DNA of 64,000 nucleotides from Felis catus (Eukaryota): assembly GCF_018350175.1 (NCBI RefSeq), contig NC_058374.1, forward strand, positions 132,370,001-132,434,000, in the 5' to 3' direction. The position numbers were made by a program, and so were the translations under genes. Positions 34,723 to 45,110 of the stretch are shown here, in pieces; the first letter of the stretch is position 1; every line of letters starts with the position of its first letter. A model generated the notes under the pieces. It searched no databases. It was not told where the DNA came from and worked only from the letters and a program-made list of their open reading frames with translations.

Positions 34723-34819
34723 NNNNNNNNNNNNNNNNNNNNNNNNNNNNNNNNNNNNNNNNNNNNNNNNNNNNNNNNNNNNNNNNNNNNNNNNNNNNNN
34801 NNNNNNNNNNNNNNNNNNN
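34415..34819. other. Assembly gap (405 N) covering the NPTXR start codon and signal anchor
   Basis: N run. Confidence 0.99.
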
Positions 34820-34829
34820 CGCGCGGGGC

Positions 34830-34883
34830 CGAGCGGGAGCCGGAGCGGGAGCCGGAGCGGGAGCCGGAGCCGGAGCCGGAGCT
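34830..34883 (-). repeat. Hexamer repeat (GGAGCC/GGAGCG) x about 9 in the NPTXR 5'UTR
   Basis: Read directly: gagcg ggagcc ggagcg ggagcc ggagcg ggagcc ggagcc ggagcc ggagct. Confidence 0.9.
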
Positions 34884-35613
34884 GTTGCCGCGGCCGCTGC
34901 TGCCGCCGCTCTGAGCCCGGGCGGCGCGAGGAGGAGAAGGCGGCGGGCGGCGGGGAGGGGGAGCGGGCGCGGCGGCCCCGCCCCGCCGGCTCCCCCGGGG
35001 CCCGGCCGTGGCCCAGCCCCGCACCCGTTCCGTGCCGGGCGCCGAGGCCGGGGCGCCGGCGAGAGCTTTAGCCCGGCCGCCCGCCCGCCCGGCGCCGGGG
35101 GCGGCGACGCGATGGCCGCGCGGCGGGACGCCCTGGGGACCACCCCCCCCAGCCCCCCCGCCCCGCTCCGGTGCTCCGGCCCCCTCCCCGAACCCGTGAT
35201 GCCGACAGCTACCTCGCGGGGAGCTTTTCTTCGTGCCGGGCCCAGTGCCGAGCGAGCTACAAGCTCGGGCACAATTAAGCCTCACGGTGGACGTGCTCCC
35301 CGTGGAAATGAGGGGACCGAGGCCCACTGGGGTCAGGTCGCCGTCCAAGGTCACACAGCTAGGATGCGCTGGAACAGCGTTTGAGTTCAGGCGCTTCTGA
35401 CCGGACTCAGGCTGGGCGAGGGAGGTGGGGTGGGCGTGGGGAGAAGAAGAAGAAAAGAGGTCAGTGTTGGGGACAGGGGACTGGAGATTTTGAGCCACCT
35501 TCTTCCTATACGGTGGCCACCTGCCTGTCACTTGCCACCCCCAAGCTAAAGAAGGAGTAGAGTTCACTCGCCTCCACTCCCACAAAACAAACAAACAAAA
35601 TACGACAGGACAC

Positions 35614-35614
<1 letters not shown>

Positions 35615-35652
<38 letters not shown>
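35615..35652. repeat. (AC)19 microsatellite about 0.7 kb upstream of NPTXR
   Basis: Read directly. Confidence 0.97.
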
Positions 35653-35655
<3 letters not shown>

Positions 35656-37759
35656 GGAAAAACAAAGAAACAAAAACTTCCTGTGATCTCAGAGGGTAGT
35701 AGAAGTTTCCTCTTCTGAATCCTCAGGGGTGCCAGAGAAGACCCCCTCTCCCCACTGCAGTCTCTATTAGGAAGGCAAAACCCCGGTGAGCAGGTGGACC
35801 AGGCACTAGAAGGAACCAGAAGGAATGGGAGTGAGCTGTGGTGTGGGGGTGGTTGAGGAGACTTTTACTTTCTCCTATCAAAAATGTCTATAGATATATA
35901 TTGTGTTGCAAATGAACTTTTGCAATTAAAAACTTCAAAGAAAATCATACCATTCTTCACAGTTCAGGTCCCCTCCAATTTTCCACAAGGCGTTTTCTGA
36001 CCAGCGTGGCTTCCCAGGGCTGGAAGGGCATTCAGAAGGCGGTGGATGTTCATGGCTGCAGCCTAGGCTGGAGGAGAGGGGCTGTGGCTCCTAGGAGTCA
36101 TGGGCCAAAGCCACACCCAGGTCAATCCTGAACCTAAGCCACGCCCAGGCCTGTCTCCCTTTCTAGCCTGCGTTCTTGACTTCAGGGGGAAGGCACAAAC
36201 TGGGGCTCTGAACCACCACGGGACCGTGTGGTCTCTGCATCGTGCTGGTGGTGGGGAGAGACCGGAACATTTCTCAGAAGGCCGCAGCCCCGGGGACCAT
36301 CTTTGACCACTGGGATCCTGAGATCACATGCTCCACACACCCCGCCCCGCCCCCAGCCCCAGGATGATGCCTGCTCTGCTCCCCTGATCTCTGGGAGTCA
36401 AGGATCACGAGCTGTAAAGTGGGAGCAGAGCAAAGCGCAAGCCCTGTACATGAACCCCCCAGAGCCTTATGTGTGTGGATGTGAGTTCGTACTTGTTGGA
36501 GCCGTGACCTGGAAACCCTGCCCGGCGTCACAGCTTCGAGGAAGCATCATCTCCCTGATGGAGAGGTGAGCCAGGCTCTCTGAAGGCAAAGGCAGGCAGG
36601 AGGAGACCCATGAGGTCCTGAAGGTGCATGAGGCACGGGGGTCCTGGCTACCTCTACACGTGTTCTGTGAAGACAGAAACATGCACAAAACATCCGAGGA
36701 GAAACCGTCGTAGAAAATCCAGGGAAGGCTGGGAGAGGGGGCTGCCACCAAGGGCAGCAGAGCCACTGTGGCTTGGGTGCCAAATGGTGCCACTTTTATA
36801 TGAGCCGCCCCATGAGATTTGAGGACTGTTGGATAAATGGGCCCAGAGGCTGGAGTCTCATCTTGTTGAAGATTGGTCTGTTTATCCCCTAGGCTGGCTT
36901 TTTAAGCCTCTTGATAGGAACAGGCCACTCTTCCTGCTTATAAATCCATAGGTGGCTCCCCATCCCTTATGGAATAAATTCCAAACCCCTTAGGGAGGGG
37001 CAGGACTGCCTAGCGGTCAAAGGCATGGGTTCTGGAGCCAGAAGGCCTAATTCTGGCCCTGACTGCCCCCATTACCAGCTGTGTGACATAGTTTGCAAGG
37101 AGGGTAAAGTCTCAGGCCTTTCGCAATTCTTGACACCCTCTCTCTGTGCCTCAGTTTTCCAATCTATAAAATGGAATAACAGTAATACACGGAAAGCCTC
37201 AATAAATGCCGGGCCTTATGCTAGCTAGCTTCTTTTGGTCTGTGAGACTGTTGTCAATCTGGACACTGCTCACCCCTCCGGCCTCACCTTCTATTCCCCA
37301 CCCTGTTTGGAACAGTATCCAACGAGGCATAATGCCCCAAACTCACCAGAGTGTCTCCTCTCTCTGCTTCCTGCCTGGAACAGCTCCCCTTCCTTGGCTC
37401 GTCTCTGTCCTCGACATTCAGCACAGGGCCCCTTCCCAGGGTGGCTTCTTGGTAAATATTTGCAAAACTAGTTCCCCCATGGGCAACACTGGCTGCTGCT
37501 GGAGGCAGAGGGGAGGGGAGGCCAGGACAGGGAGGTCCTGAGACCCGTTTCTCCGGGGCTGTGGGAGAGACACCTCCCTCCAGTCCTAACACAGAATTTC
37601 TCCAGAGATGGTCAGAGACAGAGTCTCAAGGGGGAACTTCCCTCAGAATTCAATTGTCCCCACATTTCCTCTCTAAAGTCTCACGTCTCTGAGGCGTTTT
37701 ATTTCTTCACTTATATTCCATTCTTAGGCTAAGGGGAATTCTGCCCTAAATAAACAAAT

Positions 37760-37979
37760 ATAATTATTTATTCAAAATACATGTTTTTGAGACCGACTTT
37801 GTGCCAGGCATAATATCAGGCCCAGGGGAGAGTTGGAAATAAGACAGGCTCACAGTTCATAATCTAGTCGGGGAGGCAAACAGTAAACAAAAGAATAGTT
37901 AAATAAACAAGTTAATTTATAATAGTGATGAGGACTACCAAAAAATTTTTAAAGTAAATATTATAGAAAGTTGTAGGTG

Positions 37980-38020
<41 letters not shown>

Positions 38021-38640
38021 GTGGGGGGGGAGTTGGGAGATGGGCATTATTTATAAAATTGTCAGAAAGGTCCTGCATATGAGATTTGAATGACCTGAGA
38101 GACCAGCCATGCAGAAGTCTGGGGGAAAGACCGAGTGCTCTAGGCAGAGGCAACAGGAAGCGCAAAGGCCCTGGGGCAGAGATGAGCTTGGTATGTTCCA
38201 GGAACAGAAGGAAGGCCACTGGGGCTGGAGCAGAGTGAACTTCAGTGGAGAAAGATCTGGAGAGAAAGGCAGGGTGAAGTCATGTAGGACTTTACAGGCT
38301 AGGGGAAGGGAATGGGTTTGGTTCTAAGCCCAATTGGAAGACTTGAAGCAGGGAAGCGACATCGCGTGGTTTGTGTTTGTAAAAGATCATTCTGATGGTT
38401 GTATGGAGACTGGGTCATAGCGGGGTAGGAGAGGAAGCAGAGAGACCGGGTAGGGGCCATGCAACCATCCAGGTGAGAGGAATGGAAACTTGGGGGTCAT
38501 GGTGGCCAAGAGAATTGGATGGATTGTGGTTTGGTTTTGGAGGTGAAGTTTGCCACTTGGGTCCTCCAGGAAGCAGACACTGAGATGGGCTGGGAGGTAC
38601 AAGTGGTTGATCGGGGCGCTAAGGGCTGGGAGAGCCTCAG
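37760..38640 (-). mobile_element. L2a-like remnant containing a (GT)18 at 37982-38017
   Basis: atttattcaaaatacatg...tgtgccaggc is an antisense L2 3' end. Confidence 0.65.
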
Positions 38641-38789
38641 ACCCCAGTGCAGATCTGCCAAAGTCTTGGTCAACCCACCAGGGAGCTCCAGGGTCAAGAC
38701 TGCCCCATTTGGGAGGTTTTGCATTGTGCAGAAATTCCCAGGCCCTAACACTCTTTTCATGCCCAGCCATTAGTTGGGAGTTGCCCCAC

Positions 38790-39445
38790 AAGAAGGTGGC
38801 TTCAGCTCAGAAGCCGGGGTCGTGTCCACACAAAAACCTACGCACGGATGTTTATAGGAACTTTATTCATAATTGCCCAAACTTGGAAGCAACCAGGGTG
38901 TCCTTTGGTAAGTGNNNNNNNNNNNNNNNNNNNNNNNNNNNNNNNNNNNNNNNNNNNNNNNNNNNNNNNNNNNNNNNNNNNNNNNNNNNNNNNNNNNNNN
39001 NNNNNNNNNNNNNNNNNNNNNNNNNNNNNNNNNNNNNNNNNNNNNNNTGTATGAGCACCTATGTGACACTCTGGAGAAGCAAAATCAGTGAGGACTGTAA
39101 AAAGATCTGTGGTCGCGGGGGCTTATGGGGGAGGGAGGAATGAATAGGCGGAACACAGGATTTTTAGGGCAGGGAGACGACTCTCTAGGATACCATAATG
39201 GTGGAGAGGCATCATTCTAGATTTATCCAAACCCATAGAAGGTACACCGCCAAGAGCCAACCCCATGCGAATTACGGACTCGGGGTGACAATGCCATGTC
39301 AGTGTAGATTCGCTCATTGCAACAAATGTACCACTAAGGCAGGGACATTGGCAGTGGGGGAGGCCACGCATGTGTAGGGCGGGGGGTGTGTGTGGGAAAT
39401 GTTTGTACCTTCTGCTCGATATTGCTAAAATGGCTCTAACAAACA
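38790..39445 (+). mobile_element. L1MB/L1MC-type 3' end
   Basis: cacaaaaacct..cacggatgtttatagg...ttattcataattgcccaaacttggaagcaacc motif. Confidence 0.7.
38915..39047. other. Assembly gap (133 N) within an old L1 3' end
   Basis: N run flanked by L1-like sequence. Confidence 0.99.
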
Positions 39446-41393
39446 AACAAGAGCTGGGATGGCTCCTGAAGGTGCCGCATCTCCCACTTCCCCTGTCTCC
39501 CGCAAGACTGCCAGCCCCTCCAGGGCGGGGACCAGCTGCATCACCCTCATCTCTGTGTCTCCGGGACTGGCAGGAGACTGGTGTAAAATCTCCTGGGGAC
39601 TCGGGGGTAAGGACCATTCCTCAGCATGATTTTTTTTGGTATGCCCACGGCACAGCACTAAGTGCCTGGCACTTAGTAAATGCCCAATGCAGGCTGTCCT
39701 TTCCTTATTTATTCCTAGCACATATTAGGTGCCCAGTAAATGTTAATTTCCTTTTTTTATTTCTTTACCTTTATTCCCCAGGTGCCTATAGTGCCTTCCT
39801 TCATAGGTGTTCTGTTCTTTCTTCTTTCTGCTCCCACCCCCTTTCTGAACAGGGTGGGGAATCATTCAGCCTAAGGCTCATATATGTGTTCAACCAAAGT
39901 ACCCCAGCCTGGGACCTTCCGAGGGGAAGCAGGCTCAGGTAGGGCCCAGAAATGTTTGCGTAGCAACAGTAGATGCCAGGACTCGAGCCCAACCAGAGAG
40001 GAGGGGCAGAAGCCAGGGAAGAGAGAGCTTTCCTCTCTGGGGAAGCCCAGAGATTTCCATCCAGAGTTGCTGCTTCCCTGGAAGCCAAGCCACCTTTCAG
40101 GCTTGGGCAGGAAGCGAGGACATCTGTTCCCAGCTCAGGAGGGGCCGAGGACCAAGGAGGAAACGGGTGTCCTCCTTGCGGGGGGGCCCGGCAGTTGGCT
40201 GGAAGGTGTTTGCCTGCATCCAGGCCCAGCCAAGAGAGACCAGAAGGAGTGGCCAGCCAATAAGGCTGTGGCCTCTTTCCATAGCGGTCAGGGCTCTCAC
40301 CGTCTCACCCCGTCATCCTGACAGCCCCCGGGGTTCAGTCCGTCCCTCCTCCCCACACTTCGTACTCTGTTACTTGCCCTGGCCACCCTGGAGCTCCACG
40401 TTATAATCTTCCTTATTTCACAGGTAACACTTGAAACTCAGAGAGGTTCTGTAATTTGCCCGGGGTCCCATGGTCACCGGATGTGCACCTGGGATTTGAA
40501 CCCGGAAGTTTTCAGACTCCACATCTCTCGTTCTTGCTGTCTCTCAGCGTCCATCGGACCCCGACCAATGAGGAAGCAGCCAAGTACATCCCGGGAGCCT
40601 CACTCCGCCCTGGGCTCAGTCGACCCCCTCCTCCAGGCCCTTCCCCGACCCCATTAGCCAAGGTGGCCCGCCCCTGCCCTCCCCCGGTAGTCCCTGCACC
40701 TGTTTCTGTTGCACGGGTCTGTGACTTGTGTTTCCCTCACAAGCCTGAGAACTTCTTGAGCTCTGGCACCGTGGCTGTTTCCTATCTGGGTCACCGGCAC
40801 CTAATGTGTGCTCAGGGTGTATTTACTTCGTGCACAGCGGAACCTAAGGGCTGATGGCCATTTCTCCAGCGCCTCTAAGGAAAGGCAGGTTTCTGATGAC
40901 CCCCCACCCCCACCCCAGGATTCTGTAGACATGGCACTTGAAGGCAGGGAAGCTGAGTTTTAGGGCTCCAGGAGGGCAGACCTTGCTGTCTATGTATATG
41001 ATGGAAGGCCTGTGAAAGAGAAAAGGTCTCCCTATGAAGGAGGATCACTGAAGAGGGTCAGAGCAGAGGCTTGTGATGGGGTTAGAGGCAAGGGGGTGGG
41101 GGCCCGGGACCTCACCTGGATGACCGTTCATGTGTATCCAGCGAGGAACAAAGGGTACAAAGGAACAAAGGAACAAAGGGCAGCTACTCCTCAAATACCA
41201 TTTGTTTCCTGATCTAGTCGGGGGCAGGTTGGGGAGACTCTCCCAGAGGCTGGCAGAGGGACAACGCAGGAGAACGGGGTAGGGTGGACCGTCCTGCTGG
41301 CTGGACCCCTGATCCTGCCCGCTGACCTGCCAGCCTTCCTCTTGCCCCTCCTTGGGACGGGTCTGGGCTCGGGGTCTCTCTCCTCTAAAGTTT

Positions 41394-41444
41394 GGTACAA
41401 TTCGCCGCTAGCGAATTCGCCACTCGCTAGTGGCGAATTGTACC
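41394..41444. repeat. 51-bp near-perfect palindrome (21-bp stem, 9-nt loop)
   Basis: GGTACAATTCGCCGCTAGCGA-ATTCGCCAC-TCGCTAGTGGCGAATTGTACC; 20 Watson-Crick pairs plus one G.T, checked base by base. Confidence 0.95.
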
Positions 41445-44419
41445 CACACCCAATTTATTTTTTCAGATACAGAAACTGAGATTCAGGGAGGGAAAGGGAC
41501 TTGCCCAAGATTTCACAGCCAGGAGGAAGCCTTTGACAGTAATGATGACCCCTAACGCTGAGCGGGTTCTTGCTATGTTCCTAAGTGCATTATTTGTAAT
41601 CATTTGAACCCTCACGGATACCCAATGGAATACAGACAGTGATGCTGAAGTCCAGAGAGGTCAAGCAACGTGTTCTAGGTCCCTCAGCTGCCAAGGCAGG
41701 TCGCTGGGATTCAAACCCAGACGTTCGAGCTCATGACCACTAGGATATACCGACTTTCTGGGAGGAAGCGCAGTGCAGGGGAAAAGCTGTTCTCATTAGG
41801 GGGGTTCTTCAGAGAACCCCCGTCCCTATTGCTGGAGATCTCCCACCTGCAGCTGCCACCTGGGCGAAGCGTCCCCAGGCTGGCTGGGCTAACAGTCCCC
41901 TTCAACACCTGTCTCCCGGGGGTCCAGCCCAACATGAGTCTTTCTGATAGGATCTCAGGCCCCTTCCCTGCTTCCCCCCAACCCGTCCCCTTGGCACAGG
42001 ATCCTAATTCAAAATGACCTCAAACCAGCTACATTCTGCATGGTTCCCTCTGGGGCCCCGGGAGACACGCTCGCATCCTGGCCCCCAAATGCTGGGACCG
42101 CAGCCCATTCCCAAAGCAGCTCGGTCCTTGTCTCATAGCAACAAGGAAGCCTAGGCAGCCTCTCCCTCCCCTTGGTCACCTCACCCTCAGAATTCCAGTG
42201 GACACATGCCATGCCCTCGGGTTTTCCGAAGCCCCCTCACTTGCCTTGAGGTGGGGGGGGGCGCCCTGCCGACTGTTTCTGAAGAGAGCGTCCCCCTCTC
42301 CAACCGCATCCCCCCTCCAGCTACTTAGCCCCGCAGCCTTGGACGGATGAGAAATGAGGGGCACTTTGGGTCCAGCCCGTTTACAAGTCCACACGTTGGA
42401 ATGGGGGTACATGGCCCCCATCGTCCTCAGCTCTAGGGGTCTGGACGGGAGCAGGCAGCAGGGCTGAGGGGGAAGGGGGGGATGGGTGTCTGCATTCAGG
42501 GGTCCTTCAGTCACAGATGCTGGTAACGGGCCAGAAAGGGATGAGTCACAGACAAGGCGCAGGGTTCGGGCCCCCTCACTGGAAGGTGGTGAGTCAGGCA
42601 GCCCATGGGGGCCAATTTGCAGTCTGGAGGCTCGTTTTGAACAGAGTTTGAGGGTGTCACATGGGGGTGGGGCAGAGGGGTTGAAAGCATGGGCTTTGAA
42701 GTTAGGGCGTTTGGGCTTTAATCGCTGGGCCGCTACTTACTAACGGTGCCACCTGGGCAGGTGACTCAGCCCCTCTCTCCAGTTTCCTTGGCTGCACCGT
42801 GGGAGCGTGTCCAGCTCAGCGCCTGGCTCCTGGGGCCCTCAGCGGGGTTCCCTGCAATCCCACGAGGAAGGGGGTATTCCTTTCATCTCCTGTTTTGCAG
42901 CTGGGGAAACTGAGGCACCGTCGAGCTGAGCAATATGCCGCGGCAGGCGCACCCAGTCAGGCAGCCCGGCTCGAGTGGCTGTGCCCTCGCCCACCGTGCT
43001 GTGCGGGAGGATGTTGGCACGGTGGGAAGGATGGCCGCATGGGTTCAAATCCCCTCTCTACCATATAGGAATGTGTGAGTTACTTCACCTTTCTGGACCA
43101 CAGTCCCCTGCCCCCCCCCCCCCGTTTCTATATCATGGTTACCGCACTGTCCGGGTTGTTAAGCCTCGTAAAGTCCACCCTGTACGTGTTAGTTGTCCTT
43201 CTGAGAGCAATTCTGAGGTGGAGGGAGAATTAGAGGCAGCAGCTCTCCCCCATTGCAGAAGGGGATGCGGAGGCCCCGAGAGAGTGACCCAGCGGCTTGA
43301 GGTCACACAAGCGGCGGGAGCGGGGACTCATCCACTGTCTCTCAAGTATCCTGAGGCCGTTACCTGGGAGGAGGTATTGAGATCTGGTGAGCAGACAGCT
43401 GGCACACCCATACCGGAAGTCGGAGGAATGGTCAAGTCCGGGTACATCCATCTGCAAAATGTCTCTTCTCACCCAGGCCGTGCTGGAACAAAACACTTTC
43501 ACGCGCTTCGCCTCAGACCACCCCCTTCCCCACCCCACCCCCACCCCTGCCAGGAACCCTGCGAGGGAGGGGCTCCTGGCTTCTGATGCTACTAAGGAGC
43601 ACTGGGGGCTGGAGAGGGGAAGTGACCCGACCACCTGAACCTGGACGAGGGTCTCCTGATGGTGACTGAGGCATGAAAGGCAGGCAGGCAGAGGAGGGAT
43701 GGGTGTAGGCGAGCAGGTCAGGGCTGATGAGAACAGAAAGCCTCGGCCGGGGACACTCCACACTCCGGCAGACCCTGGGCCCTGTGTCCCTGCGGGGGTT
43801 GCCAAGGGAGCCAGCGAGATGATGGTCACTTTAATGAGTCCCTGTGGGGGACAGAGTCTACATTTGCCTTTTCCAAAGCGTGTCCTAATGCCTTGCTCAC
43901 AGACTACAGGAGCCTTAACAGAGAACCCCTAGGGACCTCGAAATCCACCCCAAAAGAGCGTGTTGCTCATGCTGGGATTTCACATCAGGAGGCAAGGTGG
44001 GCAGAAGGCTGAAGGGGGGGGGGCTGTCTTTATGTCACGGCACCTGCTTTGTCCACCAGCCCATCCCGGCTCTGCATAAATGGCTCCCTCTGGCTCCTAA
44101 AGGCTGACTGCTAGCAGCTGTCGCTTAAATAGAGGCTCCCGTCTTTGTCACATTGTGAGCGCAGCCTTTGGAAGGAACAGAGAACGCTTTGGTCTTCTGC
44201 TCTAATGAAGGTCATATTCCGTCTAGAGGGACCAGGGGGGACCTGTTCCCATCCAGCTCTGACTCAGATTGGCCGCACGCCTCCCGTGTCTGTCTGCCTT
44301 CTATTCACAGTTTCACATTCATCCTGAGTCTCTTTTTTCTAGAGATTTCAGAAGTTTGGGCAGGGAGCAAGATCCAGGGGAAGGGGAACGAGAGATCTGG
44401 GTTACTACCCAAGGAGACG

Positions 44420-45110
44420 AGCCTTGGGCTTTCAGTTCTCTTTTGGCTATTGATTTGTAATTTAACGGTAACGTGGGCTGTGGTGACAATTTCTTGAAAT
44501 TCACTGGGAGTGGCTTTCTCTCGTTACCACGCGACGTACACGGCCATGTCTGGAAATCTTCGGTGTGTGCTTGAAAATGAAAATGATGTGTTCGATGTAG
44601 GAGTCTGTACGGGCCGTTTGTCATTCTGCTGTGTGTCTTTGTGGCTCGCTTCTCTGTAGGTCTTGTAATTTTGGGGGGCAAGCTCCTGTTAACAAGGGTT
44701 TTATCCGTGAGCCTCCCATGTGGCCTTTACTGTGGGAATGTCCCCCCCCCCCCCCCCCCCCCAGCAGCCTTGTGTCTGCTATTCGACCTCTCTGTGGGTA
44801 TAACCACGTTGGCTTTGTGTGCTAATTACCAGACTTGGGAGTTCTGGGAGCGTGTGGATAACACAAATCCAAATCTCAAATGTGCGTTAGGGAAGTTCTG
44901 GAGTTACAATTTCTCGGGGGAAGACTTCAGTTTCATTTTTTCCAACGGAGCCAGAAACAACTTCTCCGACAACTTTTTTTGTTTTGTTTTGTTTTGCGGA
45001 AGGGTGATTTTTCTCCTCCATTTGCCTTTTCATTGAGGATATGCCTTATTTGGGTGTCTTTGTTTGAAATTTCTTCTGGCAAAGGCTCAAGGCCTTGTCT
45101 CCCCGTCCCT
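44420..45110 (-). mobile_element. Ancient L1 ORF2 (endonuclease region) remnant
   Basis: Reverse complement ttttcaagcacacaccgaagatttccagacatggcc...aaattacaaatcaatagc aligns by eye to the recalled L1 ORF2 consensus. Confidence 0.55.

Larger units (their letters stand above)
33900..35330. promoter_or_regulatory. NPTXR: CpG island / promoter and 5'UTR of NPTXR
   Basis: Very high GC and CpG density, GC boxes (GGCCCCGCCCCGCC at about 34974-34987), and a 5'UTR (GGCTCC)n tract resembling the human NPTXR leader. Confidence 0.85.

Noticed and set aside
34013-35648. ORFs of 319-514 aa across the NPTXR CpG island
   Set aside because: They are inflated by N runs and GC content, and are not in the NPTXR frame (which is that of the 34009-34197 ORF).
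44420-45110. Compositionally odd T-rich block considered as a retrocopy or new gene
   Set aside because: The reverse complement resembles the L1 ORF2 endonuclease region, so it is better explained as an ancient L1 fragment.
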